From positions 1 through 29,402 of the forward strand of contig JAQTNI010000013.1 in assembly GCA_028713935.1 (NCBI GenBank): a stretch of 29,402 bases of DNA. Reading direction: 5' to 3'. This document shows, piece after piece, positions 1 through 8,700 of the stretch. Positions within the stretch are counted from its first letter, which is position 1. The number at the start of each line of letters is the position of its first letter. The stretch is from Candidatus Iainarchaeum sp. Lineage in GTDB: Archaea > Iainarchaeota > Iainarchaeia > Iainarchaeales > GCA-2688035. Position numbers and translations under genes: made by a program. Under the pieces are notes generated by a model, which was given only the letters and a program-made list of their open reading frames with translations, had not been told where the DNA came from and searched no databases.

Positions 1-1235
1 ATCTTGACCAGAATGTTTACAGCACTTTTTCAGCAAGGCTTATTGCAGTGCATAATGCAAAACTTGACTCTGAAAAAATGCCTTTGCTTGTGAATTATTT
101 GATGAAAAACGGCAAAATGACTGAAGCGCCAAAAGGCTATGAATCAAAAACCCTTTTCGATTTTTACAATGAAAACATTGATTTCAATTCTTATTTAATC
201 GGGGACAATTATTCTGCAAAATTCAGGGCGGATTTCGCAACAGAATATAACAATGTTGAAGAAGAAGGAATCGCTGGATTTGGAGAGAAAGCAAAAATTG
301 ATTTCCCAAATGAATTGCCGAATAAATTGGGTTCCGGAAAATACAATACGCAAATTGAGTATAGTTGGGAAACAAGTTCAATGCCTTGGGGAATTGTATT
401 TACAAAAATGGCTGACCTTGTAAAATTGCAAACAGAATTGGGCTCTGCAAAACTTGCAAGCAATGCTTTGCTGAGCATGCCGATTGACGGAAAAATGGCT
501 GCTAACTCCCAGAACAGGGATTATGGAATTTTATTCTCAGAAGCAGATGACTCTTTGAAAATTGCAAAAACAGAAGAAGGCATAGCAATAAATGCGACAG
601 AGGCAGTAGGCGGCACAATAACTCCAAGCCTGCAAACAGAATACTTAAACACAAAAAACGGGGAGATTTTAAAAATAACAAGCAGCGAAATGGTTTTTTC
701 GCCTTCAAGGCCAGTAACAATTTCAATGCCAATAACTCCTCTTGGAGGAAAGGCAAGCGTTTTGTACGGGCTTTTCAAGGCGCAAGAAACCGAAACAATG
801 ATTAATTCCCCTGTGTTCAAATGGGTTGGAACAAAGGATGCAATCACTGACAAAGAAATTCCTGCCGCAAAAGGAAAAGCAATTTGTGACTATATTGACA
901 ATAATTACATTGGATTGGATAATATTGCAATGAGTGCCGGCCAAACATATAAAACAATTGCATTTTTGCCAGCCGGGGAATCCTATTTAATCAAGGGGGC
1001 CTGCGCAAGCCAGTCCGCATCAATTACAATTGGTGACAACAAAATCACAATTGACTCAACATTAACAGAGCCAAAATCATTGGATTTGCCTGCAGCACAA
1101 AATGAGCTTACGGAAAACACTGTGCAGTCTTATCTGGAAAAAATTGGGACAAAACAAGTCTGCGTTATTTTCTCAGCAAACACTGGGGAAATGTCCCTCA
1201 AATGGAACACTGCTGAAATTGCAAAAGCAAACTAA
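1..1235 (+). CDS. 3' portion (about 410 codons) of a large surface/secreted protein, 5'-truncated by the window edge; paralog of the C-terminal module of the 2463-aa protein
   Basis: The reading frame starting at nt 3 is open from the window edge to the stop at 1233-1235. There is no stop upstream of the GTG at 48 that the ORF track used as a start. By eye the translation aligns with aa ~2030-2463 of the giant protein: IDFNSYLIGDNYSAKFRADF vs LNFNAYLIKDSYPEDFRKDF; GSGKYNTQIEYSW vs PAGKYNAVLDIEF; LSMPIDGKMAANSQNRDYG vs YLPFDGKIGLDSENGRQGYG; TVQSYLEKIGTKQVCVIFS vs SVEDILKLVKESKVCVVGS. Confidence 0.75.
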   Translation, partial: LDQNVYSTFSARLIAVHNAKLDSEKMPLLVNYLMKNGKMTEAPKGYESKTLFDFYNENIDFNSYLIGDNYSAKFRADFATEYNNVEEEGIAGFGEKAKIDFPNELPNKLGSGKYNTQIEYSWETSSMPWGIVFTKMADLVKLQTELGSAKLASNALLSMPIDGKMAANSQNRDYGILFSEADDSLKIAKTEEGIAINATEAVGGTITPSLQTEYLNTKNGEILKITSSEMVFSPSRPVTISMPITPLGGKASVLYGLFKAQETETMINSPVFKWVGTKDAITDKEIPAAKGKAICDYIDNNYIGLDNIAMSAGQTYKTIAFLPAGESYLIKGACASQSASITIGDNKITIDSTLTEPKSLDLPAAQNELTENTVQSYLEKIGTKQVCVIFSANTGEMSLKWNTAEIAKAN

Positions 1236-1285
1236 AAGCAGATATTGTAGTTATAATATTGTTGTGGGCTACTGTGTGGTAAACA

Positions 1286-1468
1286 ATGGGGCTGGCTGAA
1301 AAATTTATGCGAGTGTATGCCAATCTGCCACTAAACATAAGAAAAGAAATTGTTTTGGTAATTAATAATGAGCCAATAACTTGGAGTGTAGCATACAGGG
1401 AGATAAGCGGTAAAACTGCCTTGGGAGAAATCATATTAAAAAAACTTGGGGATTTAAAGATAATATAG
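1286..1468 (+). CDS. small hypothetical protein (60 aa)
   Basis: ATG-initiated ORF in the same orientation as its neighbours and tightly spaced with the next two genes. It has no hydrophobic segment. It loosely resembles the next small ORF (an LP/MP motif followed by an EI...GE.I..L pattern). Confidence 0.45.
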   Translation: MGLAEKFMRVYANLPLNIRKEIVLVINNEPITWSVAYREISGKTALGEIILKKLGDLKII

Positions 1469-1479
1469 GGGGTGCCTTT

Positions 1480-1680
1480 TTGTCCGTTACCTCTGAAGAA
1501 ATTAAACAATTGGTTATTGCACGGCTTGAAACCATGCCATCAACAATGAAAGTTTCCTTAGGCGATAGAGGCGTTTTCAATAAAGAAGAGCTCATAGCAG
1601 AGATTCAAAAAAATTCAGACATTGGAGAAAAAATAATAGAAGTGCACCTCAATTATTTGCGCTCTTTTTCCAAACAGTGA
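1480..1680 (+). CDS. small hypothetical protein (66 aa), TTG start
   Basis: The ORF starts at TTG 1480, preceded by a Shine-Dalgarno-like GGGGGTG at 1468-1474. It ends 4 nt before the next gene. The sequence is soluble and charged. Confidence 0.5.
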   Translation: MSVTSEEIKQLVIARLETMPSTMKVSLGDRGVFNKEELIAEIQKNSDIGEKIIEVHLNYLRSFSKQ

Positions 1681-1684
1681 TTCC

Positions 1685-2332
1685 ATGGACTTTTTTATTA
1701 CGCGCCCAGAACATGACGATACTACTTTTTATTTGTCCAATTGGTCAAAAGAGCTAATAGAACTAGCAAAAACAAATGGAATAAACGTATTAGACTTTGA
1801 CAAGGAAAGAGCCACAGCAACAGAAGTTGAAAAAATTTTAAAGAAAAAAAGTCCACGACTCGTAATGTTTAATGGGCACGGTAATAAAGAAACAGTAATG
1901 GGGCATCAGAATGCGATTTTAATAAAACATGGCGTAAACGAGGAATTACTAAAAAACAAAATTGTTTACTGCCGCTCTTGCAGCTCAGCTGCAATACTTG
2001 GAAAAGAAAGCATCTCAAAAGGCACAACCGCTTTTTTGGGTTATACTAATTTGTTTGGGTTTTCTTTTAACCCCCAAAGAAGCGCCACCCCGCTTAAAGA
2101 TGAATTTGCTAAACCTTGTTTAGAAAGCTCGAATCAAATAATAAAAGCATTGCTAAAAGGACACACTGTTCTTGAAGCGTACAAGAGTTCTCAACAAGCC
2201 ACAGATGATTGGATAGAAAAAATGCAAAGAAGTGATGCTCCCCCAGAAGCATCGCACATCCTGCTTTGGTTAGTTTGGAATAAAATTAACCAAAAATTTT
2301 ATGGCGAAGAAAGTGCCAAAATTTGTGAATAA
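1685..2332 (+). CDS. hypothetical protein (215 aa) with a clan-CD cysteine-peptidase-like (gingipain C25 / caspase-like) His-Gly...Cys signature; no signal peptide
   Basis: The motif LVMFNGHGNKETVMG (His65) is followed 31-34 residues later by KIVYCRSCSSAAILG (Cys96/Cys99) and then KGTTAFLGYT. From memory this matches the order and spacing of the gingipain catalytic region (..YTGHGSETAW.. then ..FDVACVNGDF.. then a G-rich strand). Each motif follows a hydrophobic beta-strand-like run. Confidence 0.55.
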   Translation: MDFFITRPEHDDTTFYLSNWSKELIELAKTNGINVLDFDKERATATEVEKILKKKSPRLVMFNGHGNKETVMGHQNAILIKHGVNEELLKNKIVYCRSCSSAAILGKESISKGTTAFLGYTNLFGFSFNPQRSATPLKDEFAKPCLESSNQIIKALLKGHTVLEAYKSSQQATDDWIEKMQRSDAPPEASHILLWLVWNKINQKFYGEESAKICE

Positions 2333-2416
2333 CCAAAAAGAATCTCTGGATATCATCTCAGCCCAGGAAATCCAGACGATTTAGTAATAATGGACTTTTT
2401 AAACAGGCCCAAGCAA

Positions 2417-2626
2417 GGGAAAACTTTTATCAAAAAATTTTCCCACATTGCAAACCTTGGGGTTTGCGACATTGGAAAGCAATGCTTTTCGATGCCACGC
2501 AAACAAAGTTTGCATGGTGCCTCACAAACCAAAAGGTTTGTAAGGGGGCTTTCGACAGTTTCTTTTCCCCAGGCTTCCTTACAAAGCAAAGCTTTGTGAG
2601 GCATCGCAAAACTTTGTTTTGCAATG
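2417..2626. repeat. array of seven short hairpins, six built from related palindromic units with a GCAAAC/ACAAAG-type core and an A/T-rich 3-4 nt loop
   Basis: The hairpins were read directly from the sequence. H0 2417-2444: GGGAAAA/TTTTCCC. H1 2448-2469: TTGCAAACC ttgg GGTTTGCGA. H2 2474-2490: GGAAAGC aat GCTTTTC. H3 2495-2517: CCACGCAAAC aaa GTTTGCATGG. H4 2521-2544: CTCACAAACC aaaa GGTTTGTAAG. H5 2577-2601: CCTTACAAAGC aaa GCTTTGTGAGG. H6 2602-2626: CATCGCAAAAC ttt GTTTTGCAATG. The region lies in a 420-nt spacer that is unusually long for this window. Confidence 0.7.
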
Positions 2627-2751
2627 TTCTTTTAAGAAAAGGCTGGCTTCGAAAGGCTTTTTAATAATAAAGATATAATTGATAGTGCAAATAAGCCATA
2701 TTAATTTTTTAATTGTATAAAATTGCAATGGCAATTCAAGAGATGAGTTGA

Positions 2752-5700
2752 ATGGGAGTTTTTGGCGGCATCAAAAGCATTTATTTTGCCTGCGAAGACA
2801 AATGGTATGCTTTTTGGGATAAGGTTGACGGAAAAATTCCTGTTTACGGGGTTATTGAAAAAATTGACAAGGCAATCCCGAGCTTTGCATTATTCCTGAT
2901 TATTATTGCCGCATTGATAATTTTTGCCTCATGGGGATTTATTGGCGGAATTTTTGTCCAATATAATTTTGGAGTTGCAGTGACTGATTCTGACGGCAAT
3001 CCCCTTCCAAATGTGCAAATTGAAATTTTGCAGGGAGACAAAAGCCTGTTGTCAGAGGCAACAAATGAGACAGGGGAAACAGGCACAATTAGCCTTCCGC
3101 TTGGCGCAACAGTAAAGGTGACCGCCACAAAAGAAGGCTTTTTGGAAGCAACAAGGGAAGCTACAATTGAAAAGCCGAACCAGAAGCTTGAAATTGCATT
3201 GCAGATAATGGAAGAGGAAAAAGAAATAACTGTCCTGATAAAAGACCAGTATAACCAGCCAGTGACAGATGCTGTTGTTATAACTTTTGCCTGCAAAAAT
3301 TCCAGTGTAACGCCTCCGACTGAAAAAACAATTACAAACGGGAGATTAAGCGTAATCGCCCCTGCTGGATGCGGAGGCCTTATTGCAACTCTTGACAGTT
3401 CAAGATATGCAAAAATAAGCTCAAAAGAACTGCAGACAGGCGAACAGACTGTTTTCTTAAAATCAATTGACAATCCGCTTTCCCCTGAAAACCCAAAAAA
3501 CGGCACTCTGAGAGTGCAATTGAAATATAACAATGAATTTGTAAGCGACACTGTTACTGTAAGCCTGTACAAGGACAATGGCGCAGGCGGAATCGGGCCT
3601 CTTGACACGGAAGAAAGCTTAAATGGAATAGCGGAATTCACAAAAGCACCGGGAACATATTTTGCAAAAACAGGCAGCACTTCCCTTTATGGGCAGGCTG
3701 TTTCAGGCATGGCAAGCATAGAATCAGAAAAAACAGCTACAATTGAAATTGCTTTGCATCGCAACATTGCGGGCATTGTAAAACTGCAATTGAAAGACGA
3801 GTCAAGCAAACAGGCAATTGCAGACGCACTTGTTTCCCTGAAAAAAGGAAATGACGAAATAGAATCAAAAAAATCAGATGAAAACGGAATTGCGATTTTT
3901 TCAGTGATGGAGGATGCATCTTACACTGCAATAATTGATTCCGAACAATACTGCCTGAAAGTGCTTGGCGGCCTGAGAATCAACAATGCAGTGCAGGCAA
4001 TTGAACTAAAAAAATATGCAAGTGATTGCGGGGCAGGCCTGAAAGCCAAAGTCCTTGACCAGGATGGCAAGGCAATAAAAGGCGCAATTGTCGGGCTTTA
4101 CAGCGAAGAAGGTTATAGCACTGGTTTTGCAACAAGAATAAGCGATTTAAACGGCATAGCGGAATTCACAAGAGTTTCATCAGGGGTGTACAAGGCATTT
4201 GCAACAAAAGGCAGTTTTTCAGGCTGGAGCGATGCGGAAAATTTCCAGCAGAGAATAGCGGACCAGACAATGCTGATTGTTACAATGATTGTCCCTGATG
4301 GGACACTGAAAATAAACGTAATGGACAAGGACGGACTGCCATTGCCAGGCGCAAATGTAACCTTTATTGATGCAATCACAAACGAAACAATTGGCGGAGG
4401 CTCAAGGCCGGTTGATGACGCAAATGGCACAACAATGGAATTCCTTTCAAGGGCAGACAAAAAAGTCTTTTTTACAATAACAAAGCCTGGCTATGCGGAT
4501 TTCACTTCAATTGTTTATCCGATAATCCCAAACACAACACAGGAAATAAGCGCGGTAATGGAAAAAGAAATAATCAGCGGGGAAATCAAAATAGAATTGC
4601 AAGGCCTGTACAAGGAAGGCCAGCTTGCAACAGTGCTCATGCCAGGGGAAACATACACTGCAAAACTGAAAATAAAAATACCAAAAAACAGGCAATACGC
4701 AAAAATAGGCCTGCATGTAAGAACAGGAACAAACAATCTCATGGAATCAGACCCTCTTGTGATAAAAGAGCTGAATGTTCCAGGCAGGGCAAGCATAATA
4801 AAGGCAACAGCCTTCAGGCCTGACAACAGCTATGAAGAGGATTCACAGACAATTACAACTGATGATGCAAAATGGGCAAATGCGGAATGGACAGAATTTC
4901 ATTCAGGAATAATCGAGGCAGAGGCAACAATAAAAGTCAAGGAAACAGCAAAGGATTCCGATGAACTTGTTTTCTGGTACAGGGCATATGCTGTTGATGC
5001 ATCGGGAAAATACATCAGGGACAAGGAAGACAAACAGCTCGGCTTTTCCGAAAACACACCGAAAAAGCAGGCATTGTACGCCGAAGCCTACCAGGCAGTT
5101 TATAATGTGGGAACAGAAACATTGTGCGATGGCACATTCTGCTTTTCCGCAAGCATACTTGACATTGAAGCAGGCCTCTCAGAATCAGCGCAAACAAATT
5201 ATACTGCAAAATTATACAAGGATTACCTTTTGACATTTGCAATACTGAATGCATCACAGGCAGGATATTTTTATGGTTCGGAACTGCGGATAATAAACGA
5301 GGACAATGGCCTTGAGCTTGGAAGCTATTCAATAAACAGCGCGCAAAACCAGAACATTTCAGGAACAGGCGCTGATTCGAAAACAGACTGGATTGCAGTT
5401 GGAGACTTTTTGCCAAACACTTCAATAAAGGGAAACATTGGGTTTGTTCCGCAAAAAAACAGCATTTCCACAATAAAATTCCAAATCAGGTCTGCACAAA
5501 GAATTGTTTTTGAAAAAATAATTACAATTAACGTTGAGGCAAAAAAAGAATTTGCTGTTACAATTGCGCCTGAATTCCTTCCAACAGGAGTTGAGAACAG
5601 GATTACTGTGACTGTCCTTGACAAGGAAACAAGCAGGGAAGTTTCCGATGCAACAGTAAAAATTGAAAACAAGTTCAGGGATGTGCTTGCAACAGCAAAA

Positions 5701-8700
5701 ACAAATTCAAAAGGAATTGCAGTCCTGACCCTTCCTGCACAGCAGCCGGGAGAAACATTGCTGCTTGTTGTTGAAAAAGCTGAATACAAGCCCTTTGAAA
5801 AAGAAATTGGCGTTGATGACAAGGTAGCTGCATTGCTCCCTGAAAAAATTGGAATAGGGTTGAACGCAAAAACCCTTACAGAGGGAGAAGCTGAATTCAG
5901 CATTGAAAACAAGTCAGGAATGGAACTTGTTGTTTCAAACCTTGAATTAAAAGGCAGGCTCCTTGGCCTGGTTGATGCGCAGGAAGCAAAAAACTGGCTT
6001 GACACTTTCCTCGGGGAAACAATTTCCGCAAAACAGGCAAAAAACTTTTCCCTAAAAGCAAGGCTCACAGAAGCGGGAAAGCAAGTAACTGAAACAAAAA
6101 CAATTGAAGCCACTTTAAGCGCAACAGTAACAGCCCTCGGAGGAGAATGGACTTACGAAATTCCTGTTGTAATAACAATCGGCCTTGGAGGAGAGGTTGA
6201 TGACCCAAGCTGCTTCAAAATAACAAAGCACGAATGGAAATCAATAACAGAAGGCCAGACAATAGAAACAGAATTTGAAGTTCAAAACAATTGTGCAGTT
6301 TCAGGAAACCCTGTTGCATTGAACGACATTGAAGCGCAAATAAACTGGCAAAGCAATGAAACAGGGACATTTGCAATTTCATCGCAGGAAACACAGGCAG
6401 AGCTTGTTTCAGGATACTTCAAAAGAATACTCGGCAGGCTGGAAGCCGGAGAAAAAATAAACGTGACGCTCAGCTTTGCGCCGAGCTCATCTCGGGGAGG
6501 GGAAGCAAAAGCGGAAATTATTTTCAAGGCAAGCAACCCAAGCGACAAGGCAGTGCAGGAACTGACAGACAAATTGTCGGTACAGATAAAAACAGTCAAC
6601 CTTCTGAACTGCATTGGCTTTGACAAGGAAATAATCACAATAAAACCTGAAGGAACTGGCTCTTTCACAATAGAAACAAATGGCTGCGGAGAAACCACTG
6701 ATTTCAGGCTTGTATCAGACCTGGAATTAAGCAGAAAAACATTTTCCCTGAAAGACAAGGACAAGATAACAATTGATGTGATTGCACAGGGAGCAATGGC
6801 AGGCCAGTATGTAGTAAGCGTTTTTGCAAAATCAAGCATTGACACAGAAGAAAGATTCATCAAAAACATAAGGGCAAGGGTGCAGTCAAAAGGCTGCATT
6901 GAACTCAGCAAGTTTGAATTTGATGTTTACAAAAATCCTGAAGACCAGTTCAGCGGATATGACACTGCAATTCTGACAAACCATTGTTATGACAAACTGG
7001 AAAACATAGAAGTAACCTGGAGCGAAAAAGACATGGGAAAAGCACAGGACGAAGGAATGCAGTTTGCAATGATAATGGGAATGACAAACATGATGGGCAA
7101 AATGGGAAGCCCAACTCAGATATTCAGCAAGGCAAGCGAAGGGGAAAGCTCTGACTGGTGCATGCTTGACGGAGGCACAGTGCTATACAAAAAAAGCGGA
7201 AGCTATTATGACAGCAGCGGAAAACAATATGTTGCTCCCCCGGAAGGAATGTGCCATCCATGGGGCAAAACAAAAATTTATGATTGCGCAACTGGAAAAC
7301 AAATAAGCGAAGAATATGGCTATATAAGCGGGACAAGCCTGCTTGGGCAGAATGGCCAGGCAAGAACAGACCTCCTATCAAAAGACGGCAAGCTGTGCAA
7401 AAATGTATCACCGGCAAATTCAGCAGAAACATCAAAACCTGCTGGAACTGGAGACATTGCTTTGCCTGTTACTGGAATGGCAACAACTCCTGCAGCAGAC
7501 ACTACAGGGAACACAGGAACTACTGGGGCAACAGCAGACACTGGAGGAAACACTGGCAGCTCTGGAACAGGCGGGACTTATGCAGGAAGGCCAGCTGACA
7601 AGCCAAGCACAATTATTGAGCCGCCAAGCAAAACCAGCAAAGATAGTTCAAGCAATGGCCTTATGGATAACGCGTCTTTGCCATTGCTGCTTGGAATGAG
7701 CCAGATGGGAGGCGGAGAACCAAACTTTTTGGCAAGCGCAATCCAGGGTTATATGATGGGAACACAAATGGCTTATTCAAAGCAGGGCGAAGGGCAATTT
7801 TCATACGAATCTGTGCAGAAAGACCTTGTTTACAGCAATTCAAAATTATTATTGCCTGGAGCAAAAATAGAAAAAGGCAAGTATTCCCAGGAAGAAAGCT
7901 CTGACATTGTTGTAAAAGAAGTCGGGGACAAGAGCACAGACCAGAGAGAAGACAATCCTGCACTGAATATTGAAAAAAGAAAAATTGCCTTTATCAACGA
8001 AGCAGGGGTAGTGCAGTCAGACCCTTCAAAGCCAATTTTCAGGGTATTGCAGGTAAGAGGAGAAAGAGTCGAGTATGAAACACAGTATGATTATAAGGAA
8101 GAAACAAAGCCAACCACAATAAAAGTGAAAAGCCGCACTCCCTATGTTGAAAATTTCAGGGTACAATTCAATTCTTTCAAGCCAACACTTACTCCAATAG
8201 AAGCAGGCCCTGTTCCAAACTGCCAGCTTGGGGCAATGTCAGGAGTTACAGGCAAAGACGCTGTTCCAAAAGTATTGCTGCAATGGGACTGGGCAAGCAT
8301 AAATGAAAATTCTTGTGATGCGGAAAACCCAAACTATGTTTATTGCGATGCAACGCAATTCAGCATTGAAATACTGAAAAAGCTTGAAAAAGTAAAAAAC
8401 TTTGTTGAACAATTCAGGCCATTTGACTGCCCAACAAGCGAAACAGCCGCAGCTGTTTCAGAACAGGCATTGTCAGAATTGGGAAAAGACTTTGCGATTA
8501 CAAAAATGCAGGCACAGTCTGCGGGAACAGATGCGAACATTGTTGTGACAATAGAAAGCAATAACCAGGAAGAGGCAAGCGGAAACATTACAATTACAAT
8601 AAAAGACTCGAATGGCCCCAAGGCTTCAAAAAAAATTGCCTTTTCAGTTCTAAGCAGGGAAATTGTTTCAGCAACATTCACTGGCCTGCCAGCGGGAAAT

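Noticed and set aside
2417-2626. CRISPR array, SRP RNA or tRNA interpretation of the hairpin-rich spacer
   Set aside because: The units are related but not identical, and they are not separated by unique spacers of regular length, so this is not a CRISPR array. The structure is a string of local hairpins rather than a long rod with SRP helix 6/8 features. No cloverleaf with tRNA-like conserved T and D loop motifs was found.
2353-2664. Four overlapping 64-83 aa ORFs on both strands (2353-2604 -, 2390-2599 +, 2430-2624 -, 2464-2664 +)
   Set aside because: They overlap each other in several frames and on both strands. Their translations look like low-complexity noise (for example KQSLHGASQTKRFVRGLS). 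The openness of the frames is explained by the stop-poor palindromic hairpin units. The region is treated as non-coding structured DNA/RNA.
2844-3680. 278-aa ORF on the minus strand inside the giant gene
   Set aside because: It lies fully antisense to a clearly coding region with recognisable domain repeats. The translation is Ser/Phe/Leu/Pro-rich shadow sequence with no motifs. It is a typical antisense artefact of a long ORF.
3619-4174. Near-identical 28-nt DNA segments at 3619-3646 and 4147-4174 (25/28 identical, sharing ATAGCGGAATTCACAA)
   Set aside because: Both encode the conserved LNGIAEFT motif of two prealbumin-like repeats of the same gene. The similarity does not extend beyond the motif. 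It reflects domain repeat conservation, not a mobile element or recent duplication.
5325-6911. 262-aa (5325-6113) and 209-aa (6282-6911) minus-strand ORFs inside the giant gene
   Set aside because: The reasoning is the same as above. These are antisense shadow ORFs with low-complexity composition and no independent start context.
7284-7699. Alternative-frame ORFs (104 aa and 118 aa on the plus strand, 77 aa and 103 aa on the minus strand) around the Thr/Gly-rich linker
   Set aside because: They arise from the compositionally biased, stop-poor low-complexity DNA that encodes the T/G/A/S-rich linker of the giant protein. Their translations are repetitive (Q/L/R-rich) and are not credible proteins.
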